From a virus: a DNA stretch of 51,608 bases. The position numbers and the translations under genes are program-made. How positions within the stretch are numbered: the first letter of the stretch is position 1; the number at the start of each line of letters is the position of its first letter. Where the stretch lies: the IMG/VR virus record IMGVR_UViG_3300020215_000010, one strand, 5' to 3'. The notes below the pieces were generated by a model. It did no database searches. It saw only the letters and a program-made list of their open reading frames with translations, and was not told the origin of the DNA. Of the stretch, positions 6,930 through 16,394 are shown one piece after another.

Positions 6930-7778
6930 ATGATGATGCGCGAGCCGATTGAACGAGACCTTTTGGAGGAACCGATGCCCGATACAGGAACCGAGATCGC
7001 CGTGGCCGCGCCCGAGAAGGTGCCGGCCCTGCCGGCCGAGGCCCCCGCCAGCCCCGTGCTGCAGGCCATCATCGCGCTCGCCAAGGACCCGTCCGTGGAC
7101 GGCGCCAAGTTCAAGGACCTTGTCCTCCTGCAGGAGCATATGGAGGATCGGCAGGCGGTCGCCGCCTTCAACGCCGCCTTCGTCGTGATGCAGCCGAAGC
7201 TCCCGAGGATCAAAAAGAACGGCGTCCTCGAATACCCGGTAGACAAGAACAAGCCGGAAGGGGCCAAGCGGAAGGTCGCCAACTTCGCCACCTGGGAGGA
7301 CATCGACGCCGAAATTCGGCCGATCCTCACCGAGCACGGGTTCGCGCTGTCTTTCAGTCGGACCATCGAGGGAAGCACTCTGACCGTGACCGCCGTCCTG
7401 CGGCACTCGGCGGGGCACTCGACCGAAACCCCCGGCCCGCCCCTGCCCTGCGATTCCTCGGGCGGCAAGAACAACATCCAGGGCTGGGGCTCGGCCCTGT
7501 CTTACGGCAAGCGCTACGCGGCAACCATGGCCCTCAACATCGTCACCGAGAATCAGGATGACGACGGCAAGCTGGCGGGCATGTCCTTCCTCAAGTCGGA
7601 GCAGATCGAGGATTTGAGAATCCTGATCACCGAGACCGGCACCGACGAGCGGCGCTTCCTTGACTTGTTCGGGGTGGCCGATCTGGCCGATCTCCAGCAA
7701 AGCCACCATGTCGTGGCCCGCAACATGCTGCTGCAGAAGCGCGAGATGGCCAGCAAGAAGAAGGGCGCCGGGGCGTGA
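6930..7778 (+). CDS. erf: ERF-family single-strand annealing protein
   Basis: GWGSALSYGKRYAATMALNI motif; ATG triplet at 6930. Confidence 0.75.
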   Translation: MMMREPIERDLLEEPMPDTGTEIAVAAPEKVPALPAEAPASPVLQAIIALAKDPSVDGAKFKDLVLLQEHMEDRQAVAAFNAAFVVMQPKLPRIKKNGVLEYPVDKNKPEGAKRKVANFATWEDIDAEIRPILTEHGFALSFSRTIEGSTLTVTAVLRHSAGHSTETPGPPLPCDSSGGKNNIQGWGSALSYGKRYAATMALNIVTENQDDDGKLAGMSFLKSEQIEDLRILITETGTDERRFLDLFGVADLADLQQSHHVVARNMLLQKREMASKKKGAGA

Positions 7779-8509
7779 AGCTCTACCTCAACTTCGCGCA
7801 GGGCTCCGAGGACTGGTACCGGGCGCGGCTCGGCATACCCACGGCTTCGTCATTCGACCAGATCGTGACGCCGAAGAAGTGCGAGCCCTCCAAGTCCGCG
7901 GCGCGGTATGCCCTCAAACTGGTGGCCGAACGGCTGCTCAATATGCCGACCGATTCCATCGAGGGTCAGGCATGGATGGAGCGCGGCAAGGAGCTGGAGC
8001 CCGACGCCGTGCTGCAATACGAGTTTACCCACGAGGTGAAAACCGTCCCGGTCGGCTTCATCACCACGGATGACGGGAGAATCGGCTGCTCGCCTGACCG
8101 TATCGTGCTCAACGACCAGCGTATCGGACTGGAGATCAAGTGCCCGGCCCCGCACGTCCACCTCGGCTACCTGTTTGCCAACCTGGCCGACGAGTACAAG
8201 CCGCAAGTTCAGGGACAAATCCTCGTGGCCGAACTCGACCACGCGGACCTGTACTCCTATCACCCCCGGATGCCCCCGGCCCTGATCCGGTCGGAGCGCG
8301 AGGGCGACTACATCGCCAAGCTATCCGAGGGGCTTAAGGAGTTTGTCCATCTTCTGGACGACATGACGGAGCGGGCCAAGAAGCTCGGGGCCTATCAGGC
8401 CCTCCCGCGCCCGGCCAGCCCGCCAGAGGTTTACGAGGCGCAAGTCATTCACCGGACGCTTGAGGACGAGACTATCGCAACCTTCGCCAAACAAGGATTT
8501 GAGGCATAG
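7775..8509 (+). CDS. YqaJ-type (lambda Exo-like) recombination exonuclease
   Basis: [20 protein letters not shown]-terminus, LEIKCP motif; GTGA overlap with erf. Confidence 0.75.
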   Translation: MKLYLNFAQGSEDWYRARLGIPTASSFDQIVTPKKCEPSKSAARYALKLVAERLLNMPTDSIEGQAWMERGKELEPDAVLQYEFTHEVKTVPVGFITTDDGRIGCSPDRIVLNDQRIGLEIKCPAPHVHLGYLFANLADEYKPQVQGQILVAELDHADLYSYHPRMPPALIRSEREGDYIAKLSEGLKEFVHLLDDMTERAKKLGAYQALPRPASPPEVYEAQVIHRTLEDETIATFAKQGFEA

Positions 8510-8511
8510 CC

Positions 8512-8967
8512 ATGGCTGGATCGGTCAACAAGGTAATCATCGTTGGCAACCTCGGGCGCGACCCCGAGGTCAAGACGTTTCAGAACGGCGGCAAGGTCTG
8601 CAACCTGTCCGTCGCCACCTCCGAGAACTGGCGCGACAAGGCGACCGGCGAGCGCAAGGAGCGCACCGAGTGGCACCGCGTCGCCATCTTCAATGAGCGC
8701 CTGGTCGATGTGGCCGAGAAGTATCTGCGCAAGGGGGCGAAGGTCTACCTCGAAGGCCAGCTTGAGACCCGCAAGTGGACGGACCAAAGCGGCGTCGAGA
8801 AGTATTCGACCGAGGTTGTGCTTCGCCAGTTTCGCGGCGAGCTGACGATGCTGGACAGCGGGCAGCGGCGCGACGAGGAGGACGACTCCCAGGCCGACTA
8901 CGGGGCGGCCACGGGCAAGAGCGAGCGTCGGCCGGTTGGCGACCTCGACGACGATATCCCGTTCTGA
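8512..8967 (+). CDS. ssb: single-stranded DNA-binding protein
   Basis: [17 protein letters not shown]-fold start, TEWHRV, acidic DDDIPF tail. Confidence 0.9.
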   Translation: MAGSVNKVIIVGNLGRDPEVKTFQNGGKVCNLSVATSENWRDKATGERKERTEWHRVAIFNERLVDVAEKYLRKGAKVYLEGQLETRKWTDQSGVEKYSTEVVLRQFRGELTMLDSGQRRDEEDDSQADYGAATGKSERRPVGDLDDDIPF

Positions 8968-8969
8968 CG

Positions 8970-9386
8970 ATGCGCCTCGCCCCCCGCATCCCCCGCTCCG
9001 TCCCCGAGATACCGGATAAGGACGCATGGAAGAAGGCCCCCGACCATCTGGAATTGGTCAAGAAGCTGCCGTGTGCGGTCAGCGGGTGCAGCATCCAGCC
9101 GGTCGATCCCCACCACCTGATGAAACCGGAGGGCGAGTTCCGCGGCGGCATGAAGGCCGAGGACCGCTACACGATTCCGCTCTGCCGCGACCACCACACA
9201 ACCGGCCGTGACGCCGTGCACAAGAAAGGCACCGCCGACTACGAAGGCTACCTCACGAAGACCTGGGGCATCCTCGGTCGTGAGCTGGCCGATGCCCTGT
9301 GGGCTGTACGGGGTGATCTGGACGCCATGCAGCGTGTCGTGTTCCGCGCCCGCCAATCCGCAAACCTGAAGGAAATAGATCGATGA
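8970..9386 (+). CDS. Cys/His-rich putative nuclease (HNH / DUF968-like)
   Basis: LPCAVSGC...VDPHHL...IPLCRDHH pattern; ATG 8970 2 nt after the ssb stop. Confidence 0.5.
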   Translation: MRLAPRIPRSVPEIPDKDAWKKAPDHLELVKKLPCAVSGCSIQPVDPHHLMKPEGEFRGGMKAEDRYTIPLCRDHHTTGRDAVHKKGTADYEGYLTKTWGILGRELADALWAVRGDLDAMQRVVFRARQSANLKEIDR

Positions 9387-9445
9387 AGCCGATTCTAGAA
9401 GGCGCCGCTCTCTCCAGGGCGCGCGAATTGAGAGGGAGATAGGGG

Positions 9446-9685
9446 ATGTTTTTCGGCGGCGGCAACAGTTCAGAGCGCGATGACATTGGGCGCCTGTACG
9501 AGCGTATCGGCCGGGGCCTTATCGACCTGCAATTTGGTCGGACAATCGACACGCACCCGATTATGGCGGAGCTTGTGTCCTTGGGCCGGGAGGTGGCGCG
9601 GCTTCGCGAAGATATCAGCGCGCTCCGAAATTCTCTCGTCTCCTGGCACCCCCAGGCACCCAAGCCCCGCAAGGTGAAGAAGTGA
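9446..9685 (+). CDS. hypothetical protein
   Basis: 79-aa ORF, GAGGGAGATAGGGG upstream. Confidence 0.5.
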   Translation: MFFGGGNSSERDDIGRLYERIGRGLIDLQFGRTIDTHPIMAELVSLGREVARLREDISALRNSLVSWHPQAPKPRKVKK

Positions 9686-9882
9686 GCGACACCCTAAAAC
9701 CATCGCCGGCATTGCTCTGCAAACTCGGCAGCATCGCGGTCCACGTTGACGAGATGCTTTCGGCGGACGGTCACGCCTTTGACCGTGTCGCGCTGCAAGC
9801 CCTGATGGACGACCCCGACGTGAAGGAATGGCTCGCCGCGATGGACAAGATGGCGATGGTGCCAAGGAAGAGGAAGCCATGA
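9682..9882 (+). CDS. hypothetical protein
   Basis: GTGA overlap with previous stop. Confidence 0.45.
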   Translation: MSDTLKPSPALLCKLGSIAVHVDEMLSADGHAFDRVALQALMDDPDVKEWLAAMDKMAMVPRKRKP

Positions 9883-10253
9883 CCCCCGCCCCCCTGCCCG
9901 CCCCGGGCCTGTCGGAAGAGAAGCTGGCCGAATTGCTGGAGGGCATCACTTGGCGCTTCGCCACATTCGGCGGCGGCCACGTCAATACCGGCAACCCAAT
10001 CTCCGTGGCGACGAAAGACATGCCGCTGATGTTCTCAGCCAGCGTCGATGTGGCGGAAGTCGTCAAGTATGTCGCCGCCGTCTTGCTCAGCAAGGACCCG
10101 CAGATTTCCGAAGAGATGGTGGCGCGTGGCGCGAAGGGCCTGGCGCTTCTGTCGTGTCACCCGTCAAAGCTAACAGACGAGATGGTGGAAAGCCGGAAAC
10201 ACATGTCCCGCGCCTGCTTATCCGCCGCCCTCTCCAAGGAGCCCCAGCCATGA
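9879..10253 (+). CDS. hypothetical protein
   Basis: ATGA-coupled ATG 9879 inside track ORF 9828..10253. Confidence 0.5.
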   Translation: MTPAPLPAPGLSEEKLAELLEGITWRFATFGGGHVNTGNPISVATKDMPLMFSASVDVAEVVKYVAAVLLSKDPQISEEMVARGAKGLALLSCHPSKLTDEMVESRKHMSRACLSAALSKEPQP

Positions 10254-10672
10254 GCGACGTGAGTGACCTACTGGAGAGGTTGGAGAAGGCGACGGAGGGA
10301 AGCCGGGGCCTCTCGGACGCCGTTCTGTTCGCCGCCGGCTGGCGCATCAATTACGGCGCGGAGCAACTCAAGGGACTGTCGCCCGAAGACTTAGCCGACG
10401 CCTACGACGGCGGTTGCTGGTATCCGCCCGGCGAAAAGTTCAACTGGATACACGGCCACCTGCGGCCCGATCCGACCCGCAGCCTAGACGCGGCGATGAC
10501 GCTGCTAGAGCCCGGCGTCGAATACGAGATCAGCACGCTCTATGGCCTCGGCCACGCGACCGTCGGACTTAACCTGTCCGACGAGGGGGGTCCGTGGAGC
10601 GTGCGGCGCAAGGACGGCAACGTGATCCTGGCGCTTGTGACAGCCGCCCTCAAATCCCGGAGCCCCCGATGA
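10250..10672 (+). CDS. phage ABA-sandwich-domain-like protein
   Basis: ATGA-coupled; LLERLEKATEGSRGLSDAVLFAAGW ... PDPTRSLDAAMTLL pattern. Confidence 0.5.
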   Translation: MSDVSDLLERLEKATEGSRGLSDAVLFAAGWRINYGAEQLKGLSPEDLADAYDGGCWYPPGEKFNWIHGHLRPDPTRSLDAAMTLLEPGVEYEISTLYGLGHATVGLNLSDEGGPWSVRRKDGNVILALVTAALKSRSPR

Positions 10673-10893
10673 GCGCGAGGACACGACGGTTGAGCCGGGA
10701 TGCTGTCCTGCGCTGCGACCAATGCGCGTATATCGGCGTACTCAACCTGAGCAAGCTCCTGGCCGGCAGGAAGAAGCCTGTTTGGGAAGGGCGCGACGAG
10801 GCCCATCTGACCGGGTTCTACCCGCTCAAGTGCCAAGATGGCCTGTCGTCGCGAGCCTGCCAGATGCAATTCGAGACACGGAGCCCCCGATGA
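10669..10893 (+). CDS. hypothetical Cys-containing protein
   Basis: ATGA-coupled ATG 10669. Confidence 0.45.
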   Translation: MSARTRRLSRDAVLRCDQCAYIGVLNLSKLLAGRKKPVWEGRDEAHLTGFYPLKCQDGLSSRACQMQFETRSPR

Positions 10894-11072
10894 CCGCAGC
10901 CAAGGATACCCCCGAGTATTGGGCAAACTGGCTGGTCGATGCTGTCGCTACCGCCACACAGGACAGACGCTTCCTGCGAGATGATCCCGCAGAAGACAAG
11001 GTTGCCACCGAAGCGATCTATCTAAACGGGAAAAGGGCGATGGAGCGTCTTTTGCAGGAGTTACGTACATGA
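10890..11072 (+). CDS. hypothetical protein (60 aa)
   Basis: ATGA-coupled ATG 10890. Confidence 0.45.
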   Translation: MTAAKDTPEYWANWLVDAVATATQDRRFLRDDPAEDKVATEAIYLNGKRAMERLLQELRT

Positions 11073-12259
11073 CCGCAGCCAATACACCGTGCCCGGCGAC
11101 GCTTCGCTATGTTTCCGCAGCACTCTACATAGGCGCCAAGGAATATGCCCGGGGCGGGACCCCAGACACGGCCCTCCTAACCGCGCGCGACCACCTCAGC
11201 GCGAAAGCCGACGCTATCGAGGCCTCCGCCATAGAGCGCGCCGAGGGGGCGGAACAGCCTTCATTGTCACTCGTCTGCGGCCACGCGCCCCGGAAGAAGG
11301 GGTGTCGGTTTTGCGATGAAATTGCAGAGCCACCCGCCCCGGCACCGGCTATTTCTGGTGCCGACCAGACCAGGGCGTTTAACGAAGTCGTGGCCGCCTG
11401 CTCGCCCCCCTCAGAGACGAGTTACCGATTCGAGCCCGTCCCGCCGCATATGCTGTTGGCACTTCGGGAACGGCTGCGCGACGCGATGCACGGCAGGATT
11501 CGCGGCTGGCAAGGCGACCCGCCGGCCAAGAATTACGCGGCTTACGGAATGCAGACGGCCATCGAGATCGTCTGGAGCGTACTTAAGCCGCCGACCTACA
11601 TCGCCTTGGCGCAGGACGGCACCGCTACTGACATCGGCTTTGACCGCCGCACCCCCACCCCGCCAGCCGATGAGGCGGTGAGGGAGGTGGTGAAGCGGTT
11701 ACGCATTGATGCGGCGGCATGGCGCAACGCGCCCCCGGCTATTAGCTACGCCGGGACGGCCAAACTAGAAGACGAAGCCGCCGACCTGATCGACAAGCTC
11801 GCCGCACGGGTGGGGGCACTGGAAGCCGCCGACGTTCAGCGCGTCAAGGATATCTGCCGATTGACCGAGCAACGAGATGCCGCCGAAGCTGCCCTAGCGG
11901 CGGAGAGGGAGAGGGCGCGGGATAATCAAACGAGATACGAAACTGCCGAAGACAGGGTGCACAACATTGCGCGCGAAGCCTTTACCCTGTCTGAACGGCT
12001 GAATTCCGCCGAAGCCCTGGCCGAGCAGTACAGGGTGGTGGTGGAGGCTGCCGTCACCGAACTGGAGGAAGCCGAGGACAAGTTCTGGGTGATGCACTGC
12101 AATCATCCGGGCGGCAGCAAGTTTGAAGGGCTCACCGCAAAGCAACTCGACGAAGACAAGGCGTTCATGGCGTCGCACTCGAAGCGCATGGGTGAGGCCG
12201 CGCGGAAGGCCCGCCAAGTCGTTTCCGCCCTCCCTTCCGAAGGAGGCAAGCGTGGGTGA
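11069..12259 (+). CDS. hypothetical coiled-coil protein (396 aa)
   Basis: Largest early ORF; Ala/Glu-rich heptad-like C-terminal half. Confidence 0.6.
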   Translation: MTAANTPCPATLRYVSAALYIGAKEYARGGTPDTALLTARDHLSAKADAIEASAIERAEGAEQPSLSLVCGHAPRKKGCRFCDEIAEPPAPAPAISGADQTRAFNEVVAACSPPSETSYRFEPVPPHMLLALRERLRDAMHGRIRGWQGDPPAKNYAAYGMQTAIEIVWSVLKPPTYIALAQDGTATDIGFDRRTPTPPADEAVREVVKRLRIDAAAWRNAPPAISYAGTAKLEDEAADLIDKLAARVGALEAADVQRVKDICRLTEQRDAAEAALAAERERARDNQTRYETAEDRVHNIAREAFTLSERLNSAEALAEQYRVVVEAAVTELEEAEDKFWVMHCNHPGGSKFEGLTAKQLDEDKAFMASHSKRMGEAARKARQVVSALPSEGGKRG

Positions 12260-12331
12260 GCTTCTCATCAGCGTCATCGCCGCCGCTTTAGTTGTCGGCG
12301 TTATCTATCTAATCGCAAGGATCCATGAGCC

Positions 12332-12718
12332 ATGACCACCCGGGAGCAGCAGATGGCGACGGCGTTGCGGCGCTGCGAACGGCTTTTACCGCTTACCGTC
12401 ATCCACCTTGGGGCGGGCACCGGCAAAAGCCAGATTTTCGACAGCACGGGCGCTGTGCGCGCCATCGTCCATGACTGTCCCCCGCTGGCGGATGCCATTG
12501 TCGAAGCCCTATCCCCCTCAGTCTCGCCGGCAGGGACGGTGGAGGTGCCGCTTCATGTGGTTGAGGCCGCCGCCATCGCGATGGATGGCTATATCGAGGC
12601 AACCAAGAGGCTGGCTGAACTCAGCGGCGGCAAGGGCGAACTGCCGCCTGAATGTCAGAGCTTCGTCGAGGTGCGCGACCAGTTACGCGCCCTCCTGGCG
12701 GGGAAGGAGAAGGGATGA
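12332..12718 (+). CDS. hypothetical protein
   Basis: 128-aa ORF. Confidence 0.5.
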   Translation: MTTREQQMATALRRCERLLPLTVIHLGAGTGKSQIFDSTGAVRAIVHDCPPLADAIVEALSPSVSPAGTVEVPLHVVEAAAIAMDGYIEATKRLAELSGGKGELPPECQSFVEVRDQLRALLAGKEKG

Positions 12719-13044
12719 TGGGCGACGAAAAGGAACGTGAAGATTTCTACGACAAGGAGATCGCGCCCGAGTTAGCTAAGCTGCGCGACCGTTGCGTGGA
12801 ACGTGGCTTACAGTTCCTCGCCTTGGTCGAGTGGGAGCCGGGGGAGTACGGCCGAACTACAGGCCTTAAGGCGCCGCTGGGCCTCGCTATCGAGTGGGCG
12901 AATTGGGCCGGGCAGAGCAACGGCAACATTGACTCGTTCATGATCGCAGTAATGCGGCAAGCCCACGAGCGCGGACACTCGTCGGCAGTTCTATCAATGC
13001 TCGGCGTGCCGACCTCCCCAGTCAAAAGCGAGGTTGCCCCATGA
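12715..13044 (+). CDS. hypothetical protein
   Basis: ATGA-coupled ATG 12715. Confidence 0.5.
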   Translation: MMGDEKEREDFYDKEIAPELAKLRDRCVERGLQFLALVEWEPGEYGRTTGLKAPLGLAIEWANWAGQSNGNIDSFMIAVMRQAHERGHSSAVLSMLGVPTSPVKSEVAP

Positions 13045-13250
13045 CTGACGCTCTGAGGCAGAAGGCGTGGAACATGAAAGAGCGAGACGCCCTATTGGAG
13101 TCAGCGGCGGCTTATCACGACGGCTGCGTTCACACACAATCGACAGGCTTTCGAGGCGGCATCGTAGCCGGGTGCGGTTGTGGTTCGTGCTGCAAGCACC
13201 GCGAAGCCGCCACCGCCATCCGCTCCCTGAAAACCCCCACCCCTTCGTGA
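13041..13250 (+). CDS. hypothetical Cys-rich protein
   Basis: 69 aa, ATGA-coupled; GCGCGSCCKH cluster. Confidence 0.45.
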   Translation: MTDALRQKAWNMKERDALLESAAAYHDGCVHTQSTGFRGGIVAGCGCGSCCKHREAATAIRSLKTPTPS

Positions 13251-13286
13251 GCGAGAGAATGACATTGCGAGAAATGGAGTAGCGTT

Positions 13287-13640
13287 GTGGACGACCCCTG
13301 GCTGACAGCAGACGAGGCCGCCAAGGAGCTGCGCTGTTCCCCGGGAACGGTGCGCCGGGAGCGGCTGGACGGCAGGCTCGGCTATGCTACCGTGCGCGGC
13401 CGGGTGTTCTACCCCCTCTCCCAAATCGAAGCCTACAAAGCGGCACAGGTTAAAGCGCCATGCCAGACTACCGACTCGCCAAGATCCCCGGCAGTCCCCG
13501 TTGGTACATCACGTGGACCGAGGGACACCGTAGCTTTCGCAGAACGACAGGCACGGCGGATCGCGAGCAGGCTACCCAAGTCCTCGCGGCTTTCGTCCTC
13601 GAAGCTGCGCGTGGTCCAGTCGTCGAACCGGCCGACGTAG
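13287..13640 (+). CDS. excisionase-like HTH protein
   Basis: WLTADEAAKELRCSPGTVRRERLDGRL MerR/Xis-type HTH; directly upstream of int; tail overlaps int by 181 nt. Confidence 0.6.
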   Translation: MDDPWLTADEAAKELRCSPGTVRRERLDGRLGYATVRGRVFYPLSQIEAYKAAQVKAPCQTTDSPRSPAVPVGTSRGPRDTVAFAERQARRIASRLPKSSRLSSSKLRVVQSSNRPT

Positions 13641-14641
13641 AGGTTCGGGAGGTGCTGGAAACCTACTACCGCGAGCACGCCTCCAAGCGCCCCAGCGCCG
13701 AACAGGCCAGGATCGCCAAGGCGCACCTGATTGCCTTCTACGGTGTGGCCCGGGGCACGGCCGTAACCGCAAAATCTCATTCTATGTATGAGGAAAAGCG
13801 GCGGTTGCAGGGGGCCGGGTTCCAGACCATCAACCGGGAGCGCATGGTGCTCCGGGCGGCCTTTAATCACTCCCGCAGGCACCACGGGCTGACCGTGGTC
13901 CCCTACGTGCCGACCATCCCAGAGGATCACCCGGACAACGACCCGGTAGAGCCCAAGGGCAGGCCGCTGAAGCTGGGCGAGGTGACGGCCCTGCTCAAGG
14001 CGTGCGCCTACGTCCACGAGTGGCGGTTCCTGCAAATGCTGATCGGCACCCTCTGCCGGCCGGATGCCGCCTTCGACTTCGAACCCGACAAACAGGCCGA
14101 CTTCGAGCACGGGCTTATCGACCTGAGCCCGCCGGGTCGGAAGCAGACCAAGAAGTTCCGGCCGGTGGTGCCCATGCCGCGATTCCTGCGGGATGAGTTC
14201 AAGCGGGCCGGCAAGGGGCCGTTTATCGCGTATCACGGGGAGGGCATCCGAAGCAGCAAGACGGCGTTCCGCCGGATGCGGGCGGATGCGGGGCTGGATG
14301 AGAGGGTCAACCCCTACTCGCTCCGCCATACGATAGCGCGGGAGCTGCGCCGTCGCGGGGTCCCGGGCGACCAGATCAGCATCATGCTCGGCCACCGCCC
14401 GCCGAACACCAAGCGGACCGACCTTATCTATGCTCCCTACGAGCCCGGCTATTGCCAGGATGCGAAGCGGGCCATCGAATCGATATGGGCTACCGTTGCG
14501 CGCAACTTGCGCGCTCCGGCCGGGCCTGCGGAAATCTTGAAACCTGCAAGAAAGGCCCGTAGAATAATGGTGGGTGCGACAGGGATTGAACCTGTGACCC
14601 CTACCATGTCAAGGCACCGCCCTAGGTTTCAGAGGAGCTAA
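13460..14641 (+). CDS. int: tyrosine integrase
   Basis: YSLRHTIAREL (HxxR), MLGH, LIYAPY catalytic region; arm-type N-terminus; last about 25 codons run through the attP core. Confidence 0.85.
   Translation: MPDYRLAKIPGSPRWYITWTEGHRSFRRTTGTADREQATQVLAAFVLEAARGPVVEPADVEVREVLETYYREHASKRPSAEQARIAKAHLIAFYGVARGTAVTAKSHSMYEEKRRLQGAGFQTINRERMVLRAAFNHSRRHHGLTVVPYVPTIPEDHPDNDPVEPKGRPLKLGEVTALLKACAYVHEWRFLQMLIGTLCRPDAAFDFEPDKQADFEHGLIDLSPPGRKQTKKFRPVVPMPRFLRDEFKRAGKGPFIAYHGEGIRSSKTAFRRMRADAGLDERVNPYSLRHTIARELRRRGVPGDQISIMLGHRPPNTKRTDLIYAPYEPGYCQDAKRAIESIWATVARNLRAPAGPAEILKPARKARRIMVGATGIEPVTPTMSRHRPRFQRS
14568..14614 (-). other. attP core: 47-nt 3' part of a tRNA-Val(GAC)-like gene (anticodon loop to CCA), not a complete tRNA
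   Basis: Minus strand reads TTGACAT loop, GGTAG, GGGTC, ACAGG-TTCAATC-CCTGT T-arm, CGCACCC-A-CCA; the 5' anticodon-stem partner is absent. Confidence 0.75.
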
Positions 14642-14675
14642 GGCCTTGATGCAACTAGCCCGGGGTAATCCATAA

Positions 14676-15143
14676 ATGTCAGAATCAGGCAGATCAAACC
14701 GCGAACAGCGCGCAAGTTGCGCGCGTTGCATTTACTTCGTCCGGGCGGGGGCCAAAGGGCCGGTCAAGATCGGGTATGCCGTCAGCGTGGCGGAGCGGGT
14801 GGCGCTCCTACAAACCGGGAACCACCTCCCCCTGCTGCTCCTCGGCGTCTACCCCGGGACGGTAGCCCTTGAGTCGATGCTTCACGCAAAGTTCGCGCGC
14901 GAGCGCATACGCGGCGAGTGGTTCAAGCCGAGCGCCCGGCTACTGCGCTACATCGCCAACCTGAACACCGACTTCGATGCTCACGGCCACGACAAAATTT
15001 GGCGGGAGGAGATGATTAAGCGCATGGCCCGGGAGCACAGAGACGAAGGCTACCGTAAACGGGCGGCCCGGTCCTTCGGCATCAAGCTGCCCGGGAGGCC
15101 GGCGTTGCCGGGCGAAGGGCAGGGCCGGGTATCAGCGGTATAA
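14676..15143 (+). CDS. T5orf172 / MUG113-type (GIY-YIG superfamily) domain protein
   Basis: IYFVRAGAKGPVKIGYA...LQTGNHLPL...LHAKFARERIRGEWF. Confidence 0.65.
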   Translation: MSESGRSNREQRASCARCIYFVRAGAKGPVKIGYAVSVAERVALLQTGNHLPLLLLGVYPGTVALESMLHAKFARERIRGEWFKPSARLLRYIANLNTDFDAHGHDKIWREEMIKRMAREHRDEGYRKRAARSFGIKLPGRPALPGEGQGRVSAV

Positions 15144-15199
15144 TGCCGAAGCCGCCGTGTTCCGGCGCACAACCGAGATCAAGTAGGAGCCCCCAGTCC

Positions 15200-15427
15200 A
15201 TGACAGGTGAGGAGCGGGAGCTATGTACGAATTGTGATGACACCGGCTGGGTGTGTGAGAGTCACCATGACCGCCCATGGGGCGGCGTGAGCAACGCGGC
15301 GAATGCCTGCGAGTGCGGCCCGGGCGATCCGTGCCCGGTCTGCAACCCGTGCTCCGGCCGGGATGATCCCCCTCGAATGCCGCCGGGCTCGCGCACGATC
15401 ATCGACAAAGACGGCTGGAGGCACTGA
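15200..15427 (+). CDS. Cys-rich putative zinc-binding protein
   Basis: CTNCDDTGWVCESHHDRPW...CECGPGDPCPVCNPC; AGGAG upstream of ATG 15200. Confidence 0.5.
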   Translation: MTGEERELCTNCDDTGWVCESHHDRPWGGVSNAANACECGPGDPCPVCNPCSGRDDPPRMPPGSRTIIDKDGWRH

Positions 15428-15684
15428 TGCCCACCCCCGCAGAGAAGGCGATGGAGGAGGCGCGAGAAATGTACGCGTCAACCATCAAGCGCGGGCACTC
15501 GCTGACGATCCGCGAATTCGAAGAATCACAGGACGCGGCGCTTAAAGCCGCCGTCCTCTCCTTTCTCAAGAAATTGCAGAAACAGGATCTGGGGCTGTTG
15601 CCGGGCATGGAGAGCGCGGGCGAAGATGGCGAGGGCTGGTGCAAAGCCATGCTCGCCGCCCTGATATCCCAGGTGGAGAGGTAG
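15427..15684 (+). CDS. hypothetical cargo protein
   Basis: 85-aa ORF, TGATG junction. Confidence 0.5.
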   Translation: MPTPAEKAMEEAREMYASTIKRGHSLTIREFEESQDAALKAAVLSFLKKLQKQDLGLLPGMESAGEDGEGWCKAMLAALISQVER

Positions 15685-15687
15685 AGG

Positions 15688-15957
15688 ATGACAAGCAGGC
15701 TTCGGCGCAACGCCCGAGAAGCGAAAATTATGCTGGGCGAAACCGGGACCCTAAACCGCGTGGCCGCGACCGCCACCGTATTTAAGGACCCGGAGTCCGC
15801 CGATTGGATTGTCTCGTCTATCGACTCTTCCGGTGACGGCGGGGTCTACACCGTCATTTTCAGCGGCCCCTTCGCCCGCGAACGGTCTGTCGAGTACGCG
15901 TCCGAAAAGTATTCCGGACTTCTGCTGCGTGAGTCTGATCTACCAGAGTATCTGTGA
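15688..15957 (+). CDS. hypothetical cargo protein
   Basis: 89-aa ORF. Confidence 0.5.
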   Translation: MTSRLRRNAREAKIMLGETGTLNRVAATATVFKDPESADWIVSSIDSSGDGGVYTVIFSGPFARERSVEYASEKYSGLLLRESDLPEYL

Positions 15958-15971
15958 GCTGAGAAGGGCCA

Positions 15972-16256
15972 ATGGCGCGCGACATTATCAAAGAGCTTGA
16001 CGCGAAGGCGTGGCAAAGTAGTCGCCGCAACAAGAGCCACCGCGATCACGTTTGCTGGCGCGCCGCACGGGAGATAGAGCGCCTGCGTAAGATCGAGAAC
16101 GCTAGCGACGCCGAGAAGAGCTGGCTGACGTTCTGGCGTGCCTTTTCTGATCACTTGGGGCTCTCGCGCTACCAGCGCACTTACGGGTGGCACGACCTGA
16201 TGGACGCGTGTTCAAAGGGCATGGATGCCGTCAAAGCGGCCTGTGCCGGCAAGTGA
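15972..16256 (+). CDS. hypothetical cargo protein
   Basis: 94-aa ORF; last plus-strand gene before the convergence zone. Confidence 0.5.
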   Translation: MARDIIKELDAKAWQSSRRNKSHRDHVCWRAAREIERLRKIENASDAEKSWLTFWRAFSDHLGLSRYQRTYGWHDLMDACSKGMDAVKAACAGK

Positions 16257-16363
16257 GGGCTGGGTGAATTCGCCTGCCGCCGATTTCTTTAAGGCCTTTG
16301 CCGTTGCCTTCGCAATCTGGTGGTTGCTCTGCCTGCTTTGGTAAGCCCCTAGTCACGCAGAAA

Positions 16364-16394
16364 GGGCCGCCCCCGGTGTGAAGGAGAGCGGCCC
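16364..16394 (-). terminator. stem-loop GGGCCGC/GCGGCCC with a short T-run on the minus strand
   Basis: 7-bp GC stem, 17-nt loop, then TTTCT on the minus strand; about 280 nt past the holin stop. Confidence 0.4.

Noticed and set aside
6906-7709. 267-aa and 205-aa minus-strand ORFs over the erf gene
   Set aside because: The ERF motif is on the plus strand. The antisense products are Gly/Arg-rich with no context.
13433-14395. 320-aa minus-strand ORF antisense to the integrase
   Set aside because: The integrase frame carries the catalytic motifs. The antisense product is low-complexity, so this is a shadow ORF.
14568-14641. A complete tRNA gene
   Set aside because: Only the anticodon loop through CCA is present. 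The D-arm, the 5' acceptor strand and the 5' anticodon stem are missing. It is interpreted as the attP core.
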